The notes under the pieces were generated by a model, which ran no database searches, had not been told where the DNA came from, and saw only the letters and a list, made by a program, of their open reading frames with translations. The position numbers and the translations under genes were made by a program. A stretch of DNA of 64,000 bases, taken from Octopus bimaculoides (Eukaryota). The stretch is from the NCBI RefSeq assembly GCF_001194135.2, contig NC_068981.1, positions 47,351,486 to 47,415,485 on the forward strand, given 5' to 3'. Below are positions 23,795 through 36,926 of the stretch, piece after piece (position 1 is the stretch's first letter; every line of letters begins with the position of its first letter).

Positions 23795-24300
23795 CTAGCA
23801 GTATAGCCCGACTTTGCCCGGGGTTAAGTTAAAATTATTAAGCTAATCAAGCTCTTTATTTCAAACCAAAATAAGTAACATCGACGTAAAATTTGGGCCA
23901 AATCCGTTGAAATTGGTAAATATTTGGCTTAAAATGTGTTGCGGATAACTTGATTGGATAATCCCATAAGGAATCGGTTTATTGATTTTTTTCCACTCAT
24001 CGATATTTTTTTTTCGTTTTTGGAGAACTTAAAGCATTCAAAGATTCCATTAGTCTTCAGTAATGCTGGCATGAAGTTTCAAAAAATGCATCAAAACTGG
24101 TAAAAGTTATGGTTGAAAATGGGGCGTAGCCAATTTTATTGGGAAATCCTATAAGAAATCAGTTTATCGATGTGTTTAACCTGATTAAATGGAAAATCCG
24201 GTAAGGAATCAGTTTATAAATTGTTCATCCCAAATAGAACTTAACCGAAAACAATATTCCTGATTCAAAAACATCTATATTTATACTTTAAAGTTGGTTT
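23795..24300 (-). mobile_element. Non-autonomous Helitron, 3' portion
   Basis: The minus strand ends in the hairpin CCCGGGCAAAGTCGGG, a short spacer and CTAG|T. Confidence 0.6.
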
Positions 24301-24541
24301 TCACTCCCAACCGAGTTCTGCAGAATCATTGTCGCGACGGGAGCGCATAGGTTGCGAGCTTGTTCGGCAGAGGTAATCAGGTTGCACATATCAGCCCTTT
24401 CAAAACACCACCCCATCATCTACCCCCCCACCTTATGCTCATGGGTTGGGAACCCTTCCAGCAAGGAAAATAGATTGCCCAAAAGGGTTCCCGACCCTCT
24501 GTGTCAGAAGCGGTTATGTTCAGATCAGACCTAAGTCTTAA

Positions 24542-24591
<50 letters not shown>

Positions 24592-25039
24592 ATATATATG
24601 TGTGTGTGTGTTTGTGTATGTAGATGGGCAACACACATATACACACACGTACGTACACCTATTGCACACATGTTTTTTTGTATGCATACGTGTCCATGTG
24701 TGTGTGTGTCTGTTGCCCGTATATCAACAAAACACCTTTTTCGTCGATGGAAAAAAAAAGTCTTAACAAAAACTTACTCGTCGCTGGAAGGGGACATATC
24801 TCCTACTAGTAAACAATGGTGATTTCTCCGACTTGAAAATTGCTAAAAGTTTTGGGCGAAAATTTATTTTTAATGCTATTCGCTGGTGCCTCTGTGAAAA
24901 ATAAGTTGACGAAAATACAGCGAGGTTCATGACGAATGTCCTCCCAAAATTGGAGCGACATGCGTACTAATTTGTTGACGCGCATCACTTACGTTCACGT
25001 ACTCACACACACATCCTGCCTTTCATATATGAACACACA

Positions 25040-25104
<65 letters not shown>

Positions 25105-25753
25105 NNNNNNNNNNNNNNNNNNNNNNNNNNNNNNNNNNNNNNNNNNNNNNNNNNNNNNNNNNNNNNNNNNNNNNNNNNNNNNNNNNNNNNNNNNNNNNNN
25201 NNNNNNNNNNNNNNNNNNNNNNNNNNNNNNNNNNNNNNNNNNNNNNNNNNNNNNNNNNNNNNNNNNNNNNNNNNNNNNNNNNNNNNNNNNNNNNNNNNNN
25301 NNNNNNNNNNNNNNNNNNNNNNNNNNNNNNNNNNNNNNNNNNNNNNNNNNNNNNNNNNNNNNNNNNNNNNNNNNNNNNNNNNNNNNNNNNNNNNNNNNNN
25401 NNNNNNNNNNNNNNNNNNNNNNNNNNNNNNNNNNNNNNNNNNNNNNNNNNNNNNNNNNNNNNNNNNNNNNNNNNNNNNNNNNNNNNNNNNNNNNNNNNNN
25501 NNNNNNNNNNNNNNNNNNNNNNNNNNNNNNNNNNNNNNNNNNNNNNNNNNNNNNNNNNNNNNNNNNNNNNNNNNNNNNNNNNNNNNNNNNNNNNNNNNNN
25601 NNNNNNNNNNNNNNNNNNNNNNNNNNNNNNNNNNNNNNNNNNNNNNNNNNNNNNNNNNNNNNNNNNNNNNNNNNNNNNNNNNNNNNNNNNNNNNNNNNNN
25701 NNNNNNNNNNNNNNNNNNNNNNNNNNNNNNNNNNNNNNNNNNNNNNNTATATA

Positions 25754-25903
25754 TATACGACGGGCTTCTTTCAGTTTCCATCTACCAAATCCACTCACAA
25801 GGCTTTGGTCGGCCCGAGGCTATAGTAGAAGACACTTGCCCAAGATGCCACGCAGTGGGAATGAACCCGGAACCATGTGGTTGGTAGGCAAGCTACATAC
25901 TAC
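25754..25903 (-). mobile_element. tRNA-derived SINE (same family as 16009), 5' half
   Basis: Reverse complement of the 16009-16175 segment. Confidence 0.8.
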
Positions 25904-26096
25904 AGAGAGAGAGAGACAGAGAGAGAGTTAACTGTTGTAGTATTCGACTAAGGGATAAACTGTCCGTATATATTATCTGTGTCCGTTACCTGTGTTAACC
26001 CCGGGAAATGGTGCGCATCGTATCAAGAAATATGCTTTAAAATGTAGTCCTATCGAATGTGCTGGTTAATCTAGGTTTTCTTCATTTTCTAATTAA

Positions 26097-26128
<32 letters not shown>

Positions 26129-26224
26129 TGATAGAAAGGACAACAAAAGAAACAAAGAAACCTCGATATTATGTAAATAGAGAAATTTATTTGCTAAAAT
26201 ATGTGACACTTATTCGGTAGCCAT

Positions 26225-26286
26225 GATAAAACTCCGAGTATCGGATACCGGGGTGGGAACCCACGCCAACATTTCTTCAGTTTTCC
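26225..26286 (-). ncRNA. Hammerhead-ribozyme-like motif (left arm; GAAA mutated to GATA)
   Basis: CTGAAGA - stem II (ATGTTGG..GTGGG/CCCAC..CCGGTAT) - GATAC TCG GAGTT - TTATC. Confidence 0.4.
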
Positions 26287-26544
26287 GGCCAATGAAATTT
26301 TCTGTAAAAATGACCGTTAAACAAAGGGAAATCACTGTGTGGTTGACCGGTATTAAGACAGACGAGCTATAGAATGCTAATTAAGGTGAGGGGGTAAATG
26401 TATATACTATAGACATCTCTACACACTTACCTTTACTCCCTCCCCTTACTTAGCGTTCTATAGCTCTGTTGTCTTAATAACGTTCAACCACACAGTAATT
26501 TCCCTTTGTTTAACGGTAATGTTTTACAGGAATTTTCAATGACC

Positions 26545-26606
26545 GAATAACTGAAGTGATGTTGGTGTGGGTTCCCTGCCCGGCATCCGAAACTCGGAGT
26601 TTTATC
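26545..26606 (+). ncRNA. Hammerhead-ribozyme-like motif (right arm; A9 mutated)
   Basis: ATAA-CTGAAGT-stem II (ATGTTGG/CCGGCAT)-GAAACTCGGAGTT-TTAT, with a palindromic helix III ACTC-G-GAGT. Confidence 0.45.
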
Positions 26607-26699
26607 ATGGCTACCGAATAAGTGTCACATATTTTTGCAGGTATATATATATTTATAACACTAATACTATTTGTCTCTTATTAAGAAACAAAAAAAGTT

Positions 26700-26764
26700 T
26701 TTATAGGACTGCAAAAGAAGTGCCAAGATATAAATGAGCCAAGGATAAAAATACATTTGTGACA

Positions 26765-26801
<37 letters not shown>

Positions 26802-27560
26802 CATTAGTGACAGAATAAAAACATAACAACACCCCTCAAACAATCAATCATATATAAAAATTACACCATGGTCCACAGACACATAAGAAAACATATAATA
26901 TATATAATACTTATACATAAAACATACAATGTAAAAAATACATTTATTCTAATAAAATACAAATATATTTAATCCGAGTTAAAAATATAGCATAAAATGT
27001 ATATATATATATTTAAATAATAGAATACAAAAGGTCTAATCAGAGTTAAAATAATGTGTCGTTAAGGATGAGGACAATTTAAATAAGTTTTATATAGGTA
27101 GTACGGTGAATTTTAAAGCCAGATATAGGGTCCATATGAGCTTCTTTTCAAACGAAATATATTACAGCTCTACAACCCTCGCATCTCATTTGCACGACCT
27201 TAAGAATAATAATAGGTATTCTCTGGTATGGTCGATTATATCGAGAGTCCATTACTTCAGAGTAAATATGAGTAAGTGTTTATCGTGTGTAAGGGAATCC
27301 CTTGCTATCCTAAGGTCTTTTGGGCCGAAAACCTTAAATAGATTTACTGAAGTGGCCCCCGTTTGTAATCATTGGTTTTCATCCTTGTGGAAGTAAGCTT
27401 AATCCTATCAACACCTGTTGTTTGTACGTTTTGCTTTTTCTTTGTGTTTTGTTTGATTGAAGTACTGTGGTGAGTTGTTATTGTCTTGTTAAAAAGAACT
27501 GTTAATTGCTTTTGTGAAAGCTACTTGAAATTCCCTCCTGCGGGGTATTTATTGCTATTA
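26700..27560 (+). mobile_element. Penelope-like element, GIY-YIG end plus 3' region (left piece)
   Basis: YIGSTVNFKARYRVHMSFF..STTLASHLHDLK..WSII..KCLSCVRESLAI..LNRFTE..CNH. 26915-27060 is inverted-repeated at 33470-33615. Confidence 0.8.
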
Positions 27561-30500
27561 TATCTTGTGGATTTTAAGCCAATTTTATGGAAAAAAGAAT
27601 GGAACCTTCTTTGCTTTCACCAATTAAGTACTCACCTGCGTCTGAAGCAGGGGAAGAAAGAATTTCACTGGCAGTTACGCTGAGAGAACTAAATATTCAT
27701 CTGGAAAAAAGATCACCGGCAGTGTCGCCAAAAAAGTTCGCCGAGGTAGCAGGAAGGAAAGAAACACAGTTAAACACGGTACGAAGTAATCTCCAAAGTT
27801 ACATGGCAATATTGAAAAAAAAAGAGGCGTCGGAAATTCAAGTGGCCACCACAGAAGAAACAACCGACACAATTAATAAGTGGAGAATCATATATAAAAC
27901 GTACAACATTGGGGAAAACAGGATATACAAGACAGAAGAAAAATGCCTTAAACCTATCTGGCCTGAGATTACATACATTAACCGTAGCAAAAAATTTGAT
28001 TTGGAACGTTCGAAGTGAGGTTTGGGTCAGAGGAAGCAGCCAAAAAGTACTCCTCGGAGACCCTCAGAACGGAGGATGTGGTTCTTCTTCCCGTATATAT
28101 GGGAAGAAGAACGTCAAAGGCGAGGATAAACAATATTCCCCCAGAAGTTGATGCCACCTGTTTAGTAGCTCCTATCACGATGGGCCTGGAGGACAAAATA
28201 ACTATACTCCAGGCCTCTGTGGAAAAAGACGAGAACTGGAAGGGACAATGCTTGACTATTAATTCAAGCAGAAGTCACAACATTTGCAGAAATTGCAGAA
28301 ATCATAAATGTAGGCGGAGAAGAAAGATTTGTTGAAGGAAGAAAACGAAGATGCTTTAACTGCGAGTTAAAGGGCCACAACAAGTCGGAATGTAAACCCA
28401 AAGAAAAAGAACAACAAGAACAAGAAGAATTAGAAGAAACAACAAACGAAACACCAGTATCAACACCGAAAGTAGTGTCAACACCAAGATCCACAGAAGC
28501 GAGTGAAGAGAAGGATAGAGAGGAGGGGTAGTTGACTGTTTCCAAAAAAAAATAATAATAATAATAGAAAAAACGAAACTTTAAAAAGAAAAACGACAAA
28601 GAAACAGAAAACACGTACATGGCCATCAAGACATCGATCAATAGACTAATAAACCGTTTGGCAGCTATTTCATCAGCCAAACGAGTAAAATAAACAACAT
28701 CAAAGGACTTTCTAATCTACAGCATAGGCCGGAAGGATTACGGACGGATCAAGTCTGAATTCGTTCACGACTTAGGCCCTCTCAGAATGGATATTTCTCC
28801 TTACATTTACGAGGACCTACTTCCAAATGCACCACGAGCCCGCGAAAGGAGAAAGAAAAAGAGAAAGAAGGAACCCCGAACCATTGATGCGGAGGTAAGT
28901 AATGTCAAACATTCATGTAGGTTGTTTAAATGTGCATAGCCTGATGTCAGGCCGGAAGCAATGTGGCTTACTTAATGACGTCAGGTTGCGGGATTTGCAT
29001 GATATTGTTGCTACAGAGATCCGGTTAGGAGGGCCAAGAGATCTGCTCCCACTGTTGAATGGCTACGAGAGTTTGTTTTCTCTCCAGGCTGTCCTTCTAG
29101 GGTGGTGGGTGGGGCTATTAAAAATAGACGGGGTCTCTGACAAAAAGTTTTTTTTTTCAGATCCAGAAGTTTGCTGGTCAGCCATGGTAAAATTTTCAGT
29201 CTGGTTGCAATTCATGCACCACAGCCGTTCGGAATCTGGAGAGGTTCCTCGGTAAGGCAGATCCTTTAGTTGTGCTAGGAGACTTTAACACAATTTTCGA
29301 GGCACGCGTAGATTATCTTGACTAGAAAACTGATAGAAAAGGTAATTTTTGCTTCCTGGAACTGCTAAGCCGCTTTGAGCTAGCGGATACTTTTAGTTTG
29401 GAATTTCCGAACGCGCCAATGTGGACTTGGTCAAATAGCGACGAATCTACCAGGTCATACATAGATAGAGTGCTTATTAGAAAAGTAGATAGAAACTTAG
29501 CTAAGTGTCCATAGTTTTATCTAATCAGCTACAGGATTCATAAAACGATCACATGTAGGCATGACATAGATAAGCGATATAAAAGAGCATTCGGCTACTG
29601 GAAACTTAATACGTCCCTTTTGGTGATTGAGGAGTACAGAGATCCGATCTATTTTAAAACGGGGGCACCAGTATTTTCTTAACGAAACACTAACGAAACA
29701 CTTTGAAACTTGGGACACTGGTAGAATGTGTCATATAAAACATCTTTTACTCTTAGTCTTCTTAACAAAAGAATGTACATCGCAAGTTATTCCATATTAA
29801 AGTTGTCGTATTTCTGTAATTTCAACCAATCACTGACGTCTATTCAGCTGAATAGAGTTACTGCTGGGCGGTCATAAAAATGTTATTCCCTGTGACATAT
29901 TTCTTCCGGTTTAATCGTAATTTATACGCATATATTGTTTATATAATAAATTACGCTGTGCGTATCTGTGTGTGTAACAATTTTAGAGTTCGGATTCTAG
30001 AGTTAGGGTTAGTTTTAGGGTTAGAGTTACGGTTACGCTTACGGTTAACAGTCTAGTTAGGGTTAGGGGATTAATACGATATACACCGTTACAGCGCTAA
30101 CTGTTTTCAACTGAATAGACGTCAGTGATTAGTAGAAATTATCGAAATAAGACAATTTTTTACATGAAATAAATTCCAATACAAATTTTTTTTTTCTGTT
30201 CTATAACACAAAATAGATAAGTATACGAAGTTTGAAAGTCTTTCGGTACCAAAAACATTACATAAAACATAAATGAATACTGATGCCCCCGTTTTAAAAT
30301 AGATCCCAGAGATCGGATTAGGTTGTTGATTCAGAGGGCAGTAACCGGTACCATTATTAACAATAAATGGTGGTATGCCCTCAAGCGAGCCATTAAGTTT
30401 GTGTCTGTTAGACATAGCATAAGTTTAGTGGCTAGAGAGAGTAGGAGGGAATCTGTTTTAGTTAAGGAATTAGACGAAACAATGAGAACTGCGACTCAAT

Positions 30501-33084
30501 TGACGGCCAACAGATTGGTATTAAACCAGCACCTCGAAGCCAAACACATGGGTTGCATTGCCAGGGCTCGATTTCGTGCTATGGGTTGTGAGGGAATCAA
30601 AGCTGCAGGATGGGCCCGAGTGGTGGAAGCCCAACATGGAAATGATGCTACAGTTCGATATTTGACGAACCAAGGTAAGTTGATAAACGAACACTAGGAG
30701 ATGTGTGAGGCTTTTCAGGAACATTTCGCCCAGCTTTTCTGTGAAGGCGGCGGGCCGGATAGAAGGAGGGACCTAACGGACTTACTTGCCGGGCTGCCAC
30801 ACTTATCGGGGCGGGACGCGGAGCGCTGTGAAGAGACGATCACACATGAGGAAGTAATTGGAGCGATAGCGGACTGCAGCGCGGGTAAGGGGCCAGGACT
30901 GGGTGGTTTCCCTACGAGTTCTATAAGAGTATGCCAGACTTGTTCGGTCACCTGCTGGCAAATGTCTACGCGAACTGGCAGCAGAACGGGAATATTCCCA
31001 GATGTGCACGCCGGGGAGTGGTGACGCTTGTCAGAAAGGACCCAAAGAAAGGGGATTCCGTTGATAATTTTCGGCCCATCACTCTGCTGAATGCAGAGTT
31101 GGAGATTTTGGCCAAACTGTTATCGAAAAGATTGGCGCGTGTCACGGACGGTCTGACATGTGCCGTTCCTGGCAGAACGATCAAGGATAATCTCCATCTT
31201 ACACGGTACACTTTAAAAGTGTTTAATAATGATACTGGCAAAGGTGGGGCACTGGTCTATTTAGACAAATGTAAAGCGTTTGATAGGGTAGACTATCGCT
31301 ACCTGGTCTCCATTCTGGCGCAGTTCTGCCTGAGTCTTGGTTTTCACGACTCGGTAGTTCGAGTGAACGGCTTCTTATGGAAGCCGTTCAACATGAAACG
31401 CTCAGTTCGTCAAGGGTGTCCGCTCTCCCCAATTTTGTATGTGATGGCTCTTGAGCCATTACTGTGATAATTAGGCGGCATCCCGAGGCAGCCAAGTTGT
31501 GGAAAGACGGTTTCAGCTTATACGAACGACATCACCATCATCGTAACTGAAATGGACAACCTACAAACAGTAGGAAAGGCCATAGAGGTTATCGAGACGG
31601 TGGTAGGAGCAACAGTTAATCGTAAAAAGTCAGTCGGCTTGCAGTTCGGCACATGGAGAGGCAGGTCGATGCCTCCAGATAGCGTCGTGGGGCGCTGGAC
31701 GGAGATTCCGATTAAGTTGCTAGGAGTTTGGTTTGGACCAGACCTCCAAATACAGAAGAACTGGGCCGAGGTATCGAGCAGGGTAACCCACATAGTCAAG
31801 ACCTGGCCTTGGCTGTGGCTATCCTTGAAAGAGAGGGCGGAGGTAGCCAATGTGTTCATCGCATCGGTCATCACTTACCGCTTGACCGTCGTTCCTTGCC
31901 CTGATTCGTGGTTGACCAAGCTGGAAAAACAGCTCTTCGGCTTTTTGTGGAAGTGCTCGAAACCGCTTGTGAGACGCTCTGTTTGCTGCCAACAACCGTT
32001 AAAGGGTGGACTTGGGGTCCCTTGGCTGAGGTTGAGGCATATTTGACTCTACCTGGATGGTGAACGGGTGTGGTCTCCGCTGGCGGAACAGATGTTCCCC
32101 AAGTTCACTAGTTTCGGTGGATAGGAAACCTGATTGAATCGAAGATCGAAGATGGGTACATGGTATACGGAGTGTCGCAAGAGACTCCTGGTATTCCGTC
32201 GCTCGGGCAATGCCTGGGGTGGGGGTTCCACCGCATCCTTTTATAGAGGATTCATAGAGGCCAAAAGTGATAATACCTTAGGGGAAAACCTAGGTCTCGA
32301 TGATAATCAGCTGGCCAGTCTGCTCCGACGTACGTTCGAGCCGAAGACTCTGGATAACTTTCAGAAGTCTGTGGCATGGTAATGTTACCGAGGAGCTTTA
32401 CCTGTTGCGAACAAACACGTAAGGCATGGTGGCTCCGATCCTCCGACCATCCGACTTGTCCAAGATGCAGGCGGGACAGAGAGACTGTTCCGCACGAAAT
32501 TGTACAACGTTCGGAGGTGTCGGATGTGTGGGTATAAGGGGAAAAAACTGTTGTGAGGTACAGGAAGAGTACAGCTAGTAAAAATTGACCCACCGGATTT
32601 CCTCTCGAAAGGAGGTAAGATTTGTTTTCTCACCGTGGTAGCAATTGGGAAGCAGGTAATTAGGAGAACGAGGTTTAAAGAGTCAAGTTTGGGCACCTTC
32701 ATCTCTGGCTCTGCGCTGGTGAACTATTTCACCTTCCAACTCAAAAAGGAAAATAGAGCTAGAGAGGAAATGCCTGAATACAAAAACGTTTGAGAGTCGA
32801 TGGAAGAATGTAGCACGAATGTTGCGAGTGAATGTAACCTCATGAACACGACGCAGGATTTATCTCAGTTATCAGTGGCGAGGCGAGGCTTGTGGGGTCC
32901 GTGCTAAAGCCATCTTACCACTCCATCTGTAATGTCTTCCGGTTAGTCTTATCATCCGACTTATCGATTTCATTGTAACAAATTCTTAAAAGCATGTTTC
33001 TGTCTTTTCATTCGATGTATCTGACCCCCAAATCATAATGTACTGTCCTCTCCATGTTGGCCCCTCGTGGGTAATAAAGAAAAA
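27560..33084 (+). mobile_element. Near full-length Tx1/L1-clade LINE (ORF1 + ORF2), pseudogenised
   Basis: ORF1 with a CCHC knuckle CFNCELKGHNKSEC (~28350-28395). ORF2 APE (CLNVHSL, GDFN, YIDRVL, WKLNTSLL) from 28902, RT (FRPITLLN, AFDRV, SVRQGCPLSP, YTND) at 30931-32046, 3' AATAAA plus short A tail. The 5' boundary is approximate. Confidence 0.92.
29645..30306. mobile_element. 662-bp MITE inserted in the Tx1 ORF2
   Basis: ~31-bp TIR (C/G)GATCTATTTTAAAACGGGGGCA(C/T)CAGTATT and an 8-bp TSD CAGAGATC (29637-29644, 30307-30314). Removing it restores ORF2 ..EEYRD/RIRLLIQRA... Confidence 0.92.
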
Positions 33085-33615
33085 TCTCGATGTGAATGTA
33101 ATATTATCCTGATGAAGGGGTCATTGCCGGATTGCACCTTGATGTAAATGAACTACGGTGGTGAACTACTGAAATGGTCATAGATACTTGTGTGTGTTTC
33201 GTTTGACCGGTGTATTTATATGAACTTTTGAAAGTTTTTGTGAGGAGTGACAATTTTTTTCGGGATGCACTTGCATTTTGCCTGTGGACGACGGCCTTAC
33301 TATAAACTTGTACCTGTTGAGGGAAGTAAAAGACCATTTAAAATATATATATCTTTTTAAATACTTTTTTCATGATAAAATATTTTAGTCGTTGGACAAT
33401 TATTTTATTTGATCTTCATATTATTTATATTTGTCTAGTAGGACTGGTCTTTTGAATTTTTAGTCGCTTTATTTTAACTGTGATTAGGCCTTTTGTATTC
33501 TATTATAAAAAAAATACATATTTTACGTTATATTTTTAACTCGGATTAGATATATTTGTATTTTATTAGAATAAATGTATTTTTTACATTGTACGTTTTA
33601 TGTATACGTATTATT
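33085..33615 (+). mobile_element. Penelope-like pLTR region (right piece) with a degenerate hammerhead-like motif at 33104-33186
   Basis: TATC-CTGATGA-AGGGGTC..-GAAATGGTC..GATA; the distal part is the inverted copy of 26915-27060. Confidence 0.6.
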
Positions 33616-33617
33616 TA

Positions 33618-34214
33618 TCTATACTATATATAAAACAGAGGTGCGTGTGTAATCGCTTTTCACGTGAAAACAGCTTCACTATTTACTTCTATACTTGTGA
33701 TACATAAATAATTTGACTTCGGATAAATCTTAGGCTCTACATTTGATATTTTTTATCTCTAAAAATAAATAATATTGCTTTATATTTAAAATTAATTTCT
33801 TGAAAAAGGTTTCTCAATGTCAACTTCCTGTACGGACGTGAAAAAACGGCGACGTCTCTCACTCTCTACTACGATCAATTACTGAAACACATATTTACGA
33901 AGTTCATAAATTTCAATATTCCGTACAGGATAGTTTTTAACGTGCTTTTATTTATACGATTTTTGGGCGTTCCATGATCATCTCATATATTCTCTCTCTC
34001 TCTCTCTCATTCACACACTCCAGGTTTGATTTCGTTCTGAACTCGCACACTTCCTTAATTTCCGTAAATAAATTTTCCATTATTGTTTTTTTTTGGCACG
34101 TGTGTGTTTCTGTATATGTGTGAGTGAAGGGGTGTGTTGTGATGTCTACGTACATACATAAATACATATGCATACATCTTTTCTGTGTGTATATCTGCAC
34201 GTGTGTGTGTGCGT

Positions 34215-34260
<46 letters not shown>

Positions 34261-36002
34261 GAGATGTTTGATGTGACTCTCTCTCTCTCTCTCACATACG
34301 TACAAGAAATGTATGACTATTTATATATATGCTTATAACTGTCGACACACCCCTTCACTGGCTATGTCTCTCTCTGTCTCTGTGTATGTCTGTCTGTCTG
34401 TCTGTCTGTCTTTCTCTCTCTCTCTCGCACACACACACAGAATGCACGCGCATACACACGTGTGTCTTTGTAAATATGTTTGTATATATTTATGTATGTG
34501 TGTGTTTGTAAGAGACAGAGTGTGAGTGAGTCAAGGGGTGTGTTGTCATATGCATCCATCATTTTTGGATGTATGTGTGTGTGTATATGTGTGTGAGACA
34601 GAGTGAGAGAGCGGTGTGTATGTAGTACTAGCAGAGGCACCCGGCGTTGCTCGGGAATGAAATTGTTGCTTATATACTTGAAGAAAAAAAGGCAAAATAT
34701 GCTGTATAGAAATTTGAGAGGACGTTCTGTAGATGGACTCTCAGATGAAAGATGGCTGGGCGCCTCTCATGAATGGGGAAAATTGAAGATGTGCCAAAAA
34801 GCCTCATTGGTACTTGAAAACATTTAGGAAAATTAAAATGGGGATTAAATGAAAAAAATGATTTACGTGAATATCCTCACAAGAGTAATTGAAATAAATG
34901 GCGATTGTGGAACCCACCACGCACGCGCGTTCGCATACACACGTGAGTCTATGTAAATATGTTTGTATACATTTATGTATGTGTGTGTTTGTAAGCGACA
35001 GAGTGTGAGTGAGAGAGAGAGGTTTGTTGTCATGTATACGTACATACATAAATATACATACATCTTTGGATGTATGCATATGACAACACAGCTCTTGACT
35101 CACTCGCACTCTGTCTCTTACAAACACGCACGCGCGCGCATACACACGTGTGTCTTTGTAAATATGTTTGTATACATTTATGTATGTGTGTGTTTGTAAG
35201 AGACAGAGTGTGAGGGAGTCAAGGTGTGTGTGTGTGCATGTGTACGTGTGTGAGACAGAGTGAGAGAGCGGTGTGTATGTAGTATTTACTCTTTCTCTCT
35301 CTCATACACACTCACACACACACTCACACGCAAAATAGAGAGTGAAGCTTTTTGCCGTTGTTACGTCAATACCGGAATTTGACATTGAGGAACCTTTTTA
35401 AAGAAGTGAATCTTAAATATAAAGCATTATTGCTTATTTTTAATTAGAGATAAAAAAAATTAAATCACGAGCCTAACATTTATCCGAGGTCAAATTATTC
35501 ACGCATCACAAGTATGGAAGCATTTGGTGAAGTCGATTACACACACATCTCTGTTTTATATATAGTATAGATTTACTCTCTCTCTCTCTCTCATACACAC
35601 GCACACACACACACACACAAAGATGTATGCATATTTATGCATGTACATATACATGGCAACAAACCGATCTCTCTCTCACTCTCTCTCTCTCTCTGTCACA
35701 CATACACACACACTTCCATTTCATCTGATGTGTGATACTCTGTGTGTGTGCGTGCGCGTGCGTGTGTGCTTTCGTGCGTGCGTGATGGGTTCCACAATCG
35801 CAATTTATTTCAATTACTCTTGTGAGGATATTCACGTAAATCATTTTTTTCATTTAAGCCACATTTTAATTTTCGTAAAAGTTTCCAAGTACCAATGAGG
35901 CTTTTTGGTGCATCTTCAATTTTCCAATTCATGAGAGGTGCCCAGTCATCATTCATCTGAGAGTCCATCTACAGAATGTCCTCAGATTTCTATACAGCAT
36001 AT
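33618..36002 (+). mobile_element. Non-autonomous Helitron (host copy), interrupted; its 3' end falls in a gap
   Basis: A|TCTATACTATATATAAAACAGAG 5' terminus. The body is homologous to 35340-35571(-) and 36345-36820(+). Confidence 0.7.
34628..35571 (-). mobile_element. Complete 944-bp non-autonomous Helitron
   Basis: The minus strand reads A|TCTATACTATA...CCCGAGCAACGCCGGG-GTGCCTCTG-CTAG|T, with no TSD. Confidence 0.85.
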
Positions 36003-36344
36003 NNNNNNNNNNNNNNNNNNNNNNNNNNNNNNNNNNNNNNNNNNNNNNNNNNNNNNNNNNNNNNNNNNNNNNNNNNNNNNNNNNNNNNNNNNNNNNNNNN
36101 NNNNNNNNNNNNNNNNNNNNNNNNNNNNNNNNNNNNNNNNNNNNNNNNNNNNNNNNNNNNNNNNNNNNNNNNNNNNNNNNNNNNNNNNNNNNNNNNNNNN
36201 NNNNNNNNNNNNATATATATAGGGCAGGGAATCGTCAATTAGTAATAAAATTAATAATTAACAATTTTGCCAAGTAGTTCAGTATGAAAAAGCCTTTATC
36301 GGTAAAACCATGCTAATCCCTGTATATTTATGATTATATATATA

Positions 36345-36874
36345 TATATATAAATAGAGATGTCTGTGTATTCACTTTTCATGTGAAAATGGTTTCACCA
36401 ATTACTTCCATATACGTGATGCATCAATAATTTAACCTCGGATATATAATAGGGTCTTCATTTAATTTGTTGTTATTAAAAGTAAAAAAAGAATACTACT
36501 TTATGTTTATGATTGACTTCTTTAAAAAAATTTCCCAATCTCAACTTCCGGCGATGTCTCTTAGTGTAGCTATTTGTAAACAACTACTATAAATTACTGA
36601 GATATTTACGAAGTTCACAAATTTAAATATTCGCTACAAGATAGATTTTAACGTGCTTTTATTTATACGATTTTTTCATTCCATGTTTATCTCATTCATT
36701 GTTTGCAATGTTTCCTCTTTCTCTATCTCTATGTCCCTCGATCCCACACACACTCACTACAGGCTTCGTTTCGTTCTGAACTCGCACACTTTGTTAATTT
36801 CCATAAAATTTCTTTATATTTTTTCTGTTTGAAAGCCGTGTTCAGCTCTTGTTCTAGCCAGTCACACACATACA

Positions 36875-36926
<52 letters not shown>

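Larger units (their letters stand above)
26194..26638. repeat. Foldback palindrome (~200-bp arms, ~40-bp loop)
   Basis: TGCTAAAATATGTGACACTTATTCGGTAGCCATGATAAAACTCCGAG.. and its reverse complement ending ..GTGTCACATATTTTTGCA. Confidence 0.92.

Noticed and set aside
29983-30068. True telomere or chromosome-fusion site
   Set aside because: The tract is short, degenerate, single-orientation and fully enclosed in a TSD-flanked MITE.
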